A stretch of DNA of 64,000 nucleotides from Bacillota bacterium (GCA_013540605.1 JABVCK010000027.1:171976-235975), one strand, 5' to 3'; shown: positions 7,742 to 18,268, numbered from the stretch's first letter. A program made the numbers and translations. Notes: a model not told the origin generated them from the letters alone.

Positions 7742-10402
7742 CTATACGCTATGCTCTTCGCTTGTGGTATTCAGCTTCAGCAGTTTTACAGTCTCCACAA
7801 CAGCTATAGGAGTCAGCGCCAGCAAACCTACGGCCGTCCACTCGTTGGAGTGCAGTGCAACAAGCTTAAACACCGATGAGAGAAAAGGCACCTCAAGTAC
7901 TATGAATACCAGCAGAGCGGATATTCCCACAGCCCCTAACAGGTATTTGTTTGATGCAAGTCCTACCTTGAACACAGACTGCTTGTTAGAGCGCATATTG
8001 AACGAATGGGTAAGCTGGCTCAGGGCCAATACTGTAAAGGCCATTGTTCTGCCTGCTTCCAGGCTCCTTTGACTCCCTATTATGAAGGCTGCAAGGGTCA
8101 AAACTCCCACCATTATACCCTGATATGCGATTCTCCTTATCATTCCTTTGTCAAAAATATTCTGTTTAGGATCCCTCGGTTTCCTGTCCATTATATTCTT
8201 CTCCGCCGGGTCCACGCCAAGGGCCAGGGCAGGCAGGCTGTCGGTCACAAGGTTAACCCAGAGTATATGAATGGGAAGCAGCGGCTCATCCCAGTTGAGC
8301 ATGGTTGCTATGAAAAGTGTCAGTATCTCTCCCACATTACATGAAAGCAGGAACTGTATTGCTTTGAGTATATTGGCAAAGATTGTCCTGCCCTCCTCAA
8401 CCGCTGCAACTACGGTCGCGAAATTATCATCGGTCAGAACCATATCCGAGGCCTCCTTTGCCACATCGGTACCCACAACACCCATAGCTGCTCCAATATC
8501 GGCAATCTTCAGCGCAGGGGCATCGTTAACCCCATCCCCGGTCATTGCCACTATTTGGCCCTGGGACTGCCAGGCTTTCACTATCCTTACTTTGTGCTCC
8601 GGGGAAACCCTGGCATATACCGAGAATTGCCATACTTTCTGTTCAAGCTCTTCATCGCTCATATCCTCTAACTGTGCCCCGGTTATCGCCTCCTCATCCT
8701 TCTCTAATATACCCAGGTCCCGGGCGATGGCAACAGCTGTAATCCTATGGTCACCGGTTATCATAACCGGTTTAATCCCTGCCCTTTTGCACAGCTTTAC
8801 TGCCTCCCGGGCCTCCGGCCTTGGGGGGTCTATCATCCCCACCATTCCTATAAATATGAGGTCCCCTTCATATACTTCTCCCTTGTTGTACCGGGAAATT
8901 TCATTAATATCTTTATAGGCCATGCCAAGTACCCTCAGGGCATCCGCTGCCATAGCTTCATTTGTTTCCAATATCTTGGCCCTGTGGTGATCATCCAGCT
9001 TTATGGCACGTCCATCCAGCAGAACCCTGCTGGATCTTCTCAATAATTCCTCCACTGCACCCTTTGCATATACACGGTAGCCGTTTTCAGTCCTGTGTAC
9101 GGTGGTCATGAGTTTTCGTTTTGAATCAAAGGGGATCTCATCCACCCTTGGCTCATTTGCATCCAGTACATCCTTGCTTATGTCGGCTTTTATACTCAAA
9201 TCAAGAAGCGCTGTTTCGGTCGGGTCCCCAAAAGTCTTGACCTCTCCATCTGTTAGTCGGAGCTTTGCATCATTACACAATACCCCCGCCATAACAAGTA
9301 ATTCGAATTGTTTGTGATTTTGCACGTCACCAATCCCCTGGTCAACGTCATAAAGCCTGTTCTCGTAAAACACCTTTTCCACTGTCATTCTGTTCTGTGT
9401 CAGGGTTCCGGTCTTGTCAGAACATATGACAGTCGCGCTTCCGAGGGTTTCCACCGAGGGCAGTTTTCTTATAATAGCATTCCGCTTTACCATTCTTTGT
9501 ACCCCTATAGCGAGGACTATGGTGGCAATTGCGGGCAACCCTTCGGGTATGGCAGCCACAGCCAAGCTCACCGCTGTAAGAAACATTTCAAATATCTCTT
9601 TTCCATATAGTATCCCAACAATAAAGATAACCGCACAAATAGCAAGAGCTCCGATACCAAGGGTTTTCCCCAGCGCCTGCAGCCTTCTTTTAAGGGGTGT
9701 CTCCACTTCTTCGGCAGATTGTATCATCTCCGCTATTCTCCCAACCTCCGTATTCATGCCTGTTCCTACTACAATACCTTTACCTCGCCCATAGGTTACT
9801 ATGCTTCCCGAATACCCCATATTCACACGGTCTCCAATGGGAATATTCTTTTTATCAAGTGCCTTGCTGTTCTTTTCCACCGGAACCGACTCTCCGGTCA
9901 GTGCCGCTTCCTGGATTTTGAGATTCGAGGTGTCGAAGAGTCTAAGATCCGCCGGAACTAAATCACCGGTTTCGAGGATTACAATATCCCCTTGCACCAA
10001 CTGCCTTGCGGGTATTACATCATGACTCCCGCCCCTCAGCACCTTTGCGTGCGGCGCTGCCATCTTTTTCAATGCTGATAAAGATTCCTCGGCCTTGCTT
10101 TCCTGTACCACACCCATAACCGCGTTTAATATAACTATCAGCAGTATTACAATAGCGTCCGTCAGCTCTCCCAGCAAGCCTGAGATTATTGCAGCAACTA
10201 TGAGTATTATTATCATAAAATCCTTGAACTGGTCAGCATACATCTGAAGAATTGATTTTCTATCCTTCTGCTGAATTTCGTTGTACCCATATTCCTCCAG
10301 CCTTTTCTCGGCCTCTCTTTCACTTAGTCCCTGAGTCAGTGACGTGGAAAGCTCTTTCGCTACAATCTCTTTTTCAACCGTATACCATTCCAGCTTTGCC
10401 AT
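7742..10402 (-). CDS. P-type IIA cation-transporting ATPase (Ca2+/Mn2+, YoaB-like)
   Basis: TGES, AIPEGL, DKTGTLT, MITGD, GDGVNDAPAL, LWVNLVTDSLPA motifs. Confidence 0.95.
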   Translation of the reverse strand: MAKLEWYTVEKEIVAKELSTSLTQGLSEREAEKRLEEYGYNEIQQKDRKSILQMYADQFKDFMIIILIVAAIISGLLGELTDAIVILLIVILNAVMGVVQESKAEESLSALKKMAAPHAKVLRGGSHDVIPARQLVQGDIVILETGDLVPADLRLFDTSNLKIQEAALTGESVPVEKNSKALDKKNIPIGDRVNMGYSGSIVTYGRGKGIVVGTGMNTEVGRIAEMIQSAEEVETPLKRRLQALGKTLGIGALAICAVIFIVGILYGKEIFEMFLTAVSLAVAAIPEGLPAIATIVLAIGVQRMVKRNAIIRKLPSVETLGSATVICSDKTGTLTQNRMTVEKVFYENRLYDVDQGIGDVQNHKQFELLVMAGVLCNDAKLRLTDGEVKTFGDPTETALLDLSIKADISKDVLDANEPRVDEIPFDSKRKLMTTVHRTENGYRVYAKGAVEELLRRSSRVLLDGRAIKLDDHHRAKILETNEAMAADALRVLGMAYKDINEISRYNKGEVYEGDLIFIGMVGMIDPPRPEAREAVKLCKRAGIKPVMITGDHRITAVAIARDLGILEKDEEAITGAQLEDMSDEELEQKVWQFSVYARVSPEHKVRIVKAWQSQGQIVAMTGDGVNDAPALKIADIGAAMGVVGTDVAKEASDMVLTDDNFATVVAAVEEGRTIFANILKAIQFLLSCNVGEILTLFIATMLNWDEPLLPIHILWVNLVTDSLPALALGVDPAEKNIMDRKPRDPKQNIFDKGMIRRIAYQGIMVGVLTLAAFIIGSQRSLEAGRTMAFTVLALSQLTHSFNMRSNKQSVFKVGLASNKYLLGAVGISALLVFIVLEVPFLSSVFKLVALHSNEWTAVGLLALTPIAVVETVKLLKLNTTSEEHSV

Positions 10403-10452
10403 AAAACTTCCTCCTTTCCAAGAAGCAATTTAATTATTATCATCTTTGGTAC

Positions 10453-10496
10453 AAAAAATACAAGACCTCTATCCAAAAACCATGGATAAAGGTCTT
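10453..10496 (-). terminator. Riboswitch expression-platform terminator
   Basis: AAGACCTTTATCCA / TGGATAGAGGTCTT stem plus T tract, overlapping the aptamer 3' strand. Confidence 0.75.
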
Positions 10497-10585
10497 ACTC
10501 TCATGTTCAGATTACCGCCCGGGTACCTGGATACCGTGATGACGAACGGTAAAGCCATATAAAATGGCGAGTTACTCCCCTTTAT
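10487..10585 (-). ncRNA. yybP-ykoY (Mn2+) riboswitch
   Basis: TAAAGGGGAGTAAC...CGTCATCACG...TAAGACCTTTA signature upstream of a P-type ATPase. Confidence 0.85.
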
Positions 10586-10730
10586 TAAGGCCAGGGGACA
10601 CACTTATAAAGAATGTCCCCCATATATTCAGTTTTATCTGTCTTAGTATAACACAATAGAGCGAATTGGTAAATACGTTATCCGCAAAATTCCTGCATAT
10701 TTTGCTGTACACAATGTATCAATCCAGTTT

Positions 10731-11012
10731 CTATCTATTAACCGCACTCGGGAAACCGCAGCCCCGGCATACAACACATCCGCTTTCATGTTCGAGCCTG
10801 CTGCCGCATTCCGGACATACTGCCTCACTGCCAATACCCTGTTGTTCCTGGCTGCAGCAATAAGTATCGTTCTCTACCGTTAAATCAAGTCTGGTGTCCA
10901 TCTTCATTACCCTTTCAAGGGCTTTGCCTATTGCGTCAGGGCAGGATAGAACCTTAACTCCGTTACCGTTGGCCTTCTGCCTAATAGTTGCGTGGCAGCG
11001 TATTCCCTTCAA
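10731..11012 (-). pseudogene. nrdJ: C-terminal fragment of a class II (B12) ribonucleotide reductase
   Basis: LKGIRC...LSCPDAIGKAL...CPECGS.LEHESGCVVC..CGF; the rest of the gene is absent. Confidence 0.75.
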
Positions 11013-11251
11013 CTCGGCTCACCTTCATGTCCAGTACCCGTTGAAAATTTTTCTATATCCCGCACAGCGTCATAGGACATATCCCCTATTCACTGCCAAT
11101 ATTTGCATCCGGCACACAACCGCCCTTATTATCTCCAGCGGCAAAAGCCATACCTTCCCCGGGCATAAAGTATGCCCTCGGCCATACAAGCAGCAGCGCA
11201 TAAACCCCTGCAACAGAAACCAGGAAGAACACATAGGATGGAACCCTGCCG

Positions 11252-11330
11252 GTGAACTACTCGCCACCTACGCTTTCGCTTAGAGGTGGGAACTTCAAAA
11301 GAAGTTTGATCTTCTAGACCCTTATTCTTT
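11252..11330 (-). ncRNA. IS200/IS605 right end / putative omegaRNA 3' scaffold
   Basis: GAAGTTCCCACCTCTAAGCGAAAGCGTAGGTGGCGAGTAGTTCAC: hairpin ending in TTCAC directly after the tnpB stop. Confidence 0.7.
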
Positions 11331-12449
11331 TGGGCTGGTACACACAACCCCTATTGACTATTCCCTTTATGGACAATTCGCCTTTACATTTTCGCAAGAT
11401 ATTTAGAACTCCATTGACATCCGCATTTATGATTTTTCCTGTTGAAGATAGGAACAGTCCTCGGCTTATTCTTTTACCTTTATAGTCTTCCTGCCTACCT
11501 ATTTCTTCATATGCCAGGGCATCACATTTTGATGTATAGCTTTCTTCTTGGGTTATAACTTCTATTCCATACTTTTCTGCTTTATAGGTAATATAGTGTA
11601 TCAGTTGGATATATGGTATGGATACGAATTTTTGATTGGTTGCTTTACTCATTTTACTTTCGGTTTTCCATTCCACCCTTTATTATAGCCTATACATATG
11701 GTGTTAATATTGTTTTTTACTGCTTCATCAACGATGGTACAGGATATTTTATGCATTTTATCTCTCATATAGTTGTTTCTTTTTTCATAGAGGGATGCTA
11801 TGTTTTTTGTCATATGCCGCCCATTGCATTTCATGACGGTTGATTTTTCCTTTGCCAGTTTCTTGTTAAACAGTCTGTTATAAGATTTTATTTCTCTACC
11901 ATCTATGATGGTAGGCTGACTGAATTTATCCGAAACTATTGTGCATAGGTTATCTATTCCTAAATCTATTGCCATAACAGCAGTATTTTTATCTACTGGA
12001 CTGTGCTCCTTTGTATCTATGTATTTATATGCGATTTTAAATCATCCGTAATAGGGCTGTATTTGTACTTCTTTTACAGGCTGATCTATTATATGGGGCG
12101 GTATGGGAAAATACAGATATTTCACGTTATATTTTATTTTTATTTGCTTCGGTAGGGATAATCGTATTTGGTTTTGAATAATTTTGAAATGTGCCGGTGT
12201 GAAAGTGATTTCTCTTACACCGTCTTTGGGAAGATAGTGAGGAATACTGGCTTTAGCTGTATATTGTCCTGAGCGCTTTTTGTGGATCAGCTCAAAGAAA
12301 GATTTGAATTCTTCATTTACGGATTTCATCACCTGCTGTGCTATCTGTGATGGCAAAAGCTTATAATTCTCATTATATTTCACGGTATGATAGGCTTTCT
12401 CATAAGCAAGATATTTTCCTGTTTCAAAGAAGTACTGTCTTACCGTATA
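11314..12449 (-). pseudogene. tnpB: TnpB RNA-guided endonuclease (IS200/IS605 family), disrupted
   Basis: YTVRQYFFETGKYL, MAIDLGIDNL (RuvC-I), EESYTSKCD, NADVNG; in-frame TGA at 12042, TGGAA duplication frameshift near 11670, 5' end missing. Confidence 0.88.
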
Positions 12450-12824
12450 TTAGGTAAATGCATATCCATTCTTTATCGTCAAGCCCAATCCTATATTGCA
12501 AGTCAACTGAAACCCTACAATGTAGGCAGCGGTCAATATACCTTTCTATTGGCTCTATATGAACGTGACGGAATTAGCCAGGAAGAATTGTCCGATCAGC
12601 TTATGATAGATAAGGGAACCACAGCAAGGGCATTATATAAGCTGGAGAAGGCCGGATATGTAATTTGGCAAACAGATCCTGAGGATCGAAGAGCCTACAA
12701 CGTTTTTATTACGGATAAAGCCAGGGATATAAAACCTGCATTATACAACATATTGAGCTCATGGACTGATATTTTGGTAACCGACTTAAGCCAGGAAGAA
12801 AGAGGAATGTGGAAGTTATTCTAA
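12447..12824 (+). pseudogene. MarR-family regulator, N-terminally truncated, probable C-terminal frameshift
   Basis: GISQEELS..L.IDKGTTARAL.KLE..GY...DRR motif; the called N-terminus is antisense tnpB sequence. Confidence 0.75.
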
Positions 12825-12900
12825 AAAAAATGGTTAACAGTACAATGCTTTATATGAAAGAAAATGGGCAATAGAATCAAACTACAGAAAGAGGTAAAAT

Positions 12901-13385
12901 ATGAAGAATAGAGATTATATGCTTGAAAATGAAAAGATGACACCACTGCTGATAAATCTATCCTTGCCGGCCACGGTAGGGATGCTTGTGAATGCACTGT
13001 ATAATATTGTAGATACAATCTTTATCGGAAGAGGTATTGGTTATCTTGCCATAGGAGGATTGGCGATTGCGTTTCCTGTCCAGATGGTGATAATGGCCAT
13101 TGCACAGATGATAGGAATTGGAGCAGCTTATTTTAAATGGTACCCATTATCGGAGTACAAGTTATTGGGGCAGCATTATTTCAATCGCTTGGCAAGGCAA
13201 TGCCTTCACTATTATTAACTCTTTCGCGACAGGTTCTGTTTTTAATTCCATTTGTTCTAATTTTGCCAAGAATTTATGGACTTGGGTTATTAGGCATCTG
13301 GATTTCATTTCCACTGGCAGATTTTCTATCTACGATTATTACTGTCATGCTGCTGAAAAATGAAATAAAAATAATGGAGAGTTAA
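12901..13385 (+). pseudogene. MATE efflux transporter (MepA-like) with a large internal deletion
   Basis: N-terminal LYNIVDTIFIGR and C-terminal FQSLGKA...GIWISFPLAD parts are joined out of frame; far shorter than a full MATE protein. Confidence 0.85.
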
Positions 13386-13442
13386 CCTCTTGTCAGAATA
13401 CAGTTAATTATGCTAGTATATAATAAATCAATAAATAGTTTT

Positions 13443-13655
13443 ACGACTTTGAAGGAGCTTAGTAGCGCCCCGGGGTTACAACCCCAGAGAGCGGTCCGGC
13501 CGGTGTGAGGGCTGCAGTATCCGGGAGCTGCGAATTACACTCTGGAGTCCCGCAATGCGGCTGCCGCCCGTTAACGCGGCCATGAGGCATTTGATAATGC
13601 GAAGTAAGGTGGTACCACGGGTTCTCTCGTCCTTAGGCGAGGAACCTTTTATTTT
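13443..13655 (+). ncRNA. T-box riboswitch (Tyr)
   Basis: AGAGA and GGTGTGA stem-I motifs, specifier TAC at 13536-13538, T-box AAGGTGGTACCACGG, terminator GGTTCTCTCG...CGAGGAACCTTTT. Confidence 0.92.
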
Positions 13656-13680
13656 GCTCACTAATATTGGGGTCATTCCT

Positions 13681-13839
13681 TCACAGGTGCTAGATCCTAG
13701 ATCACAGTTCGCAGATCGCAGGTGTTAGATCACAGATCACAGTTCGCAGATCGCAGGTGTTAGATCACAGATCACAGGTACTAGGTCCTAGGTGCTAGGT
13801 GCTAGGTGCTAGTCACTGGTCACTGGTCACTGGCAACTG
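13681..13839 (+). repeat. Degenerate heptamer tandem array (about 23 units such as TCACAGA/TGCTAGG/TCACTGG)
   Basis: 7-nt periodicity read directly, including a duplicated 35-bp super-unit. Confidence 0.85.
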
Positions 13840-13879
13840 ATAGACGGTGTGTCCCCTTACCTTAAAGGAGGTTGATCGT

Positions 13880-15106
13880 ATGGTAAACGTATATGATGTT
13901 CTCCAGGAAAGGGGCTTTATCGAGCAGGCAACCCACGAGGAAGAAGTAAGGGAGCTGTTGGGGAAGGAATCGGTTACCTTTTACATCGGATTTGACCCTA
14001 CCGCCGACAGTCTTCACGTAGGCCATTTCCTGCAGATGATAACGATGTCCCATATGCAAAGGGCGGGGCATCGTCCTATAGTGCTTCTCGGAGGCGGTAC
14101 GACTATGGTAGGAGACCCTTCAGGGAAGACCGAGATGAGAAAACTGCTTACACAGGAGCAGATACAGAGCAATGCGGAAAAATTCAAGGTTCAGTTTTCC
14201 AAGCTGATTGACTTTTCAGATGGTAAAGCCCTGATGGTTGACAACGCCGACTGGCTCCTGGGCCTTAATTACATTTCGTTCTTAAGGGATATCGGAAGGC
14301 ACTTCTCAATAAACAGGATGCTTTCCGCGGAATGCTACAAGGGAAGGCTTGAAACCGGACTGACGTTCCTGGAATTCAACTACATGGTTATGCAGTCCTA
14401 TGATTTCCTGGAGCTTTATAAGAGATACAACTGCAAAATGCAGATGGGCGGAAACGACCAGTGGTCCAATATACTGGGTGGCGTTGACCTCATTAGAAAG
14501 GTGGAGGGAGGTTCTGCCTACGGCCTTACCTTTACTCTGCTGACTACGAGCGAAGGCAAGAAGATGGGCAAAACAGAATCCGGGGCAATCTGGCTTGACC
14601 CTGAAAAAACCCCTCCCTATGACTTCTATCAATACTGGCGTAATGTGGATGACCGGGATGTGGAGAAATGCCTATCCCTTCTTACGTTCCTTCCTATGGA
14701 GGAGGTCAGAAGGCTCAGTTCTCTTAAGGGGGCGGAAATCAACCATGCAAAAGAGGTTCTGGCCTATGAGGTGACAAAAATGGTCCACGGCAAGGAAGAA
14801 GCGGACAAGGCCCAGGCTGCCGCAAAGGCGCTGTTCGCAGGCGGTTCCGATATGGAAGCGGTTCCCACAACCGAAATACCCAGGTCACGAGTTAAAGACG
14901 GTATTGGCATCCTCGACCTGCTCATTGATGTCGGCCTGACTTCCTCCAAGGGAGAAGGGAGAAGGCTTGTGCAGCAAGGCGGACTATATCTGGAAGAGGA
15001 ACGGGTGGATGATATAGAGCTTATGTTATCGGAAAAGAACTTTACGGATGGTAAGCTGATGATAAGGAAGGGCAAAAAGGTATACCACCTGGTAAAATTG
15101 GTATAA
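13880..15106 (+). CDS. tyrS: Tyrosine-tRNA ligase
   Basis: [27 protein letters not shown]-terminal S4 domain; ATG 13880 follows AAGGAGG. Confidence 0.97.
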   Translation: MVNVYDVLQERGFIEQATHEEEVRELLGKESVTFYIGFDPTADSLHVGHFLQMITMSHMQRAGHRPIVLLGGGTTMVGDPSGKTEMRKLLTQEQIQSNAEKFKVQFSKLIDFSDGKALMVDNADWLLGLNYISFLRDIGRHFSINRMLSAECYKGRLETGLTFLEFNYMVMQSYDFLELYKRYNCKMQMGGNDQWSNILGGVDLIRKVEGGSAYGLTFTLLTTSEGKKMGKTESGAIWLDPEKTPPYDFYQYWRNVDDRDVEKCLSLLTFLPMEEVRRLSSLKGAEINHAKEVLAYEVTKMVHGKEEADKAQAAAKALFAGGSDMEAVPTTEIPRSRVKDGIGILDLLIDVGLTSSKGEGRRLVQQGGLYLEEERVDDIELMLSEKNFTDGKLMIRKGKKVYHLVKLV

Positions 15107-15110
15107 GTGT

Positions 15111-15134
15111 GAGGCAGCCCTTAAAGGCTGCCTC
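15111..15134. terminator. Terminator hairpin between convergent genes
   Basis: GAGGCAGCC / GGCTGCCTC stem. Confidence 0.65.
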
Positions 15135-15172
15135 GTGTTTCTTGCCCTGAACCAGGGCCGATTTTATAGTTT

Positions 15173-15367
15173 TCACCCGCTGCAGGAAGGCCCATGGCTT
15201 TCGCTTCCCCTGCCGGCGCCTCCTCCAACCCCGAATACTGAAAATATCCTCTTCGTTTCCTTGCTACCGCATTCCGGGCATTCCATCTCCTCATCCCTGC
15301 TGCAGGTCTTTGTAAGCTTTTCAAAAACCTTACCGCACTTTTGACAGCTATACTCATATATTGGCAT
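15173..15367 (-). CDS. FmdB-family zinc ribbon protein
   Basis: MPIYEYSC..CG..FE...CPECGS motif; RBS AAGGAGG. Confidence 0.88.
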   Translation of the reverse strand: MPIYEYSCQKCGKVFEKLTKTCSRDEEMECPECGSKETKRIFSVFGVGGGAGRGSESHGPSCSG

Positions 15368-15545
15368 GCAAAAACCTCCTTTACTCACAGACAACTTCGT
15401 ATAGGGTAGGGGGGTATTTATAAATATTATACCACTCCCGGTTACAAAGTAAACACCTAAATAGTAAAATATTTTTAATAGATTTATTTATCTCACTTGC
15501 GCTATATTTATATAAATATATAGAAAGATAGACTGGAGGAATACT

Positions 15546-17225
15546 ATGCGGTTCCTTGATGCATTGAGATCCCGCAGAGTTTTGGTCGCAGACAGCGATA
15601 TAAGGTCACAGCTTGCAGGAATTGATGCCGTTCGGTGCAAATGCCCTGAAGCGGTTAATGTACTGGTGCCCGAGCTTATTATGAATATTCACAGAACAGA
15701 AATCAATTCCGGTGCTTCCATCATCACATGCAATTCAATGGGATGCAGCCGGTATAATCTCTCAAAATACAGTTTGGAAGGCTGCCAGGAAGAAATTATT
15801 AAGTCTTCTATATTCAATGCAGCTAAAGCCAGCCAGGGGAATGCATATATTGCCTACAGCCTGGGCCCCACCGGCCGACCAGGGATGGATTTTAATTGGT
15901 ATTACAATCAGTTCAGGGAACAAGTAGCCATACTTAACAGGTTTCCGGTAGACGTAGTATTCATAGAGGGATTTGCCTGCCTTCAGGAAGCAAGGGCTGC
16001 CCTCTTGGCAGTAAAGGAAACCTGCATTGTCCCTGTTGTTTGCGCTATGACCTTCGGAGATGCGGAAACCCTTCCCCATGCCGCCGCTGTAGTACTGGGT
16101 TCCCTTGGCGCCGATGCCGTAGGGATATACGGCAACACGCCGGAGGAAATTCATAACTGGATAAGTGAAATGTACAGGGTTTCGTCAAAACCGCTGGTAA
16201 TTAGGCCCGGTATTGGCGGCATAACACCGGAGGTATTTGCTGAAAAATGTGAAAGACTATTGGCTTTTGGCGCTGTAGTTCTCGGCGGCGGTCCGGGTAC
16301 AGGGCCGATCCACACCAGATTTCTGGATACAAAGGTGTCAAACAGACCCGCAGTGCGGATGGAAATGAATTCTTTGATAGCAGCCTCCGGAAAAAAGGTG
16401 GTAGAAATAGGCTCCGGGAAAAAACTGGTTATCATAGGTGAGCGGATAAACCCCACCGGTAAACCGGATATGGCCGAAGAACTTGAGCGCTCAGTATTCG
16501 ACCGTGTGGTTCATGAGGCGGCTGACCAGCAACGGGAAGGGGCTGACATGCTCGATGTCAATGTCTTTACACCGGGTTTAGACGAAGAGCAGGTTCTGCC
16601 GTCAGCCATCAGGGAACTATCCAACACTGTCAGCCTTCCCCTATCTATAGATACGCGAAATCCCGGTGCCCTGGCAAAGGCCTTGCGGATTTACCCGGGG
16701 AGGGCGCTTGTTAATTCGATTGACCTGTGTCCTGCCACCCTCGGAGGCATGCTACCGGTTATAAAGAAATACGGCGCGGCAGTGATAGCCCTTACCATGG
16801 GAGAAAGCGGAGTTCCTGCGTCTGCCGCAATGAGATTGGATATGGCCTGTAAACTGGTTGAACTGATCGAACAGGAGGGGATCGACAGAACCGACGTATT
16901 GATGGACTGCCTGGCTCTGCCCCTTTCGTCGGGGGGAAGCGCCTGCACAACGACCCTTGACGCTCTCAGTCTCATAAAGGATAGACTTGGGGCCCCCACA
17001 GTGCTTGGCATAAGCAACGTATCCTACGGTATGACCGGCAGAAGCGAAATCAACTCGGTTTTCCTGGCGATGGCGGTATCCAGGGGTTTGAATTCCGCCA
17101 TTGTGAATACAGGACAAGACAGCATAAGGAAAACTATAAGGGCAATAAACCTCATGGATAATCCTGAAAATTCCGTACCCGGCATATTTAAGATTAAGGG
17201 GAGTGATATTAATGATCAGGCATGA
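15546..17225 (+). CDS. MetH-like homocysteine-binding plus pterin-binding domain protein
   Basis: N-terminal S-methyltransferase fold; C-terminal IIGERINPTGK, LDVN, LSIDT, LVNSI, LGISNVSYG. Confidence 0.8.
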   Translation: MRFLDALRSRRVLVADSDIRSQLAGIDAVRCKCPEAVNVLVPELIMNIHRTEINSGASIITCNSMGCSRYNLSKYSLEGCQEEIIKSSIFNAAKASQGNAYIAYSLGPTGRPGMDFNWYYNQFREQVAILNRFPVDVVFIEGFACLQEARAALLAVKETCIVPVVCAMTFGDAETLPHAAAVVLGSLGADAVGIYGNTPEEIHNWISEMYRVSSKPLVIRPGIGGITPEVFAEKCERLLAFGAVVLGGGPGTGPIHTRFLDTKVSNRPAVRMEMNSLIAASGKKVVEIGSGKKLVIIGERINPTGKPDMAEELERSVFDRVVHEAADQQREGADMLDVNVFTPGLDEEQVLPSAIRELSNTVSLPLSIDTRNPGALAKALRIYPGRALVNSIDLCPATLGGMLPVIKKYGAAVIALTMGESGVPASAAMRLDMACKLVELIEQEGIDRTDVLMDCLALPLSSGGSACTTTLDALSLIKDRLGAPTVLGISNVSYGMTGRSEINSVFLAMAVSRGLNSAIVNTGQDSIRKTIRAINLMDNPENSVPGIFKIKGSDINDQA

Positions 17226-17523
17226 AGGAATTGCTTATCTCGATTCGGAAGAAATATACTACCATCATTGCCACCTCGGACAAGATGACGAAAAGGCATT
17301 TACAAACAAATGGTATAAGGTAATATGCATACTGAGGCTGGATAAGCTCCCAAACCATAAAAATACTTACTATATGCCAAACCATAAACTCGACCGCTTT
17401 CTGCGGAATAATCCCGAAGAGGTCCTACATATCGAGCCTGTCGACGAAAAGGAGGTTGCCGGCATAATCGGTTTGTATTCCAACTCTTCCACAGCTTCGC
17501 AGACCGGCGATGGCATTGATTAA
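17203..17523 (+). CDS. Hypothetical protein
   Basis: ORF coupled to the upstream gene and followed by a hairpin at about 17524-17575. Confidence 0.55.
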   Translation: MILMIRHEGIAYLDSEEIYYHHCHLGQDDEKAFTNKWYKVICILRLDKLPNHKNTYYMPNHKLDRFLRNNPEEVLHIEPVDEKEVAGIIGLYSNSSTASQTGDGID

Positions 17524-17593
17524 AAGGCGGGGCCCCGATACCAACACAGATGCTGTGTATCCAGGCTCCGCCCTTTAGCGTACTATCTGCATT

Positions 17594-18268
17594 TTAAGAT
17601 TCGTTCTCAAGTTTTTTGTAAATATAGTAGGAATACAATATAGGACTTAAGCTTAGTCCCAGCAGCAGCACCAGGAATATCCACATGTTTGTAATGAAAC
17701 CTATAAAGGCGTTGAGAACGAATATAAGCCCTACTATTACGAAAACCCTGCCGCCGAACCTGTGGGTCTTTTCCCAGACCTTTTCATTGGAGAGCGTCCA
17801 GGGTGTTTTTATCCCTACAAACCAGCTTTGTTTTATCCTACTCATATAGTTGCCCAGTACAACAAACAGAAGCCCGACGATTGCAGGTACCCACACATCT
17901 ATCCTGACCTGTTTCCCGAAGGCCGCCATTATGCTTATTAAATATATGGCAGCGAGAAGACCCATAATGATCTGTCGTATCAATATATATTCTCCTTTAA
18001 ACTTGGGGTAGTTTGCCTTTTTCGGATCAACCTTTGGAAGCACGGCAGTCAGCACATAGATAAATGCAGTAATAATTGGGCCGATTAAAACTACCTCCAG
18101 TTTGGAACCGTACCTGTCCGGTTCCCCCTTGAAGGACCAGTGAACCGGGTACTGCTTATCCGAAGGAAGCTCAATATATGCATATATTGCTACTGCAAAC
18201 ACTATAATCAATATCGCCAGCATGAGAATATTGTCTCTTTTTTTCAACTCAGAATCCTCCCTAATCAT
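17594..18268 (-). CDS. sdpI: SdpI-family immunity membrane protein
   Basis: PVHW...G.PDRY, GIKTPWTL...VWEKTHR.GG motifs. Confidence 0.9.
   Translation of the reverse strand: MIREDSELKKRDNILMLAILIIVFAVAIYAYIELPSDKQYPVHWSFKGEPDRYGSKLEVVLIGPIITAFIYVLTAVLPKVDPKKANYPKFKGEYILIRQIIMGLLAAIYLISIMAAFGKQVRIDVWVPAIVGLLFVVLGNYMSRIKQSWFVGIKTPWTLSNEKVWEKTHRFGGRVFVIVGLIFVLNAFIGFITNMWIFLVLLLGLSLSPILYSYYIYKKLENES

Noticed and set aside
8006-10025. Numerous plus-strand ORFs opposite the P-type ATPase (likewise opposite the recombinase, coupling protein and cpaF)
   Set aside because: Antisense shadows of well-supported genes
12387-12446. Called N-terminus of the MarR ORF
   Set aside because: It is the antisense of tnpB coding sequence (YTVRQYFFETGKYL)
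13681-13839. Possible CRISPR array
   Set aside because: 7-bp periodic units without unique spacers; no cas genes in the window
15398-15420. CsoR/RcnR-like operator (ATAGGGTAGGGGGTAT)
   Set aside because: G-tract present but not palindromic, and no cognate regulator nearby; too weak to call
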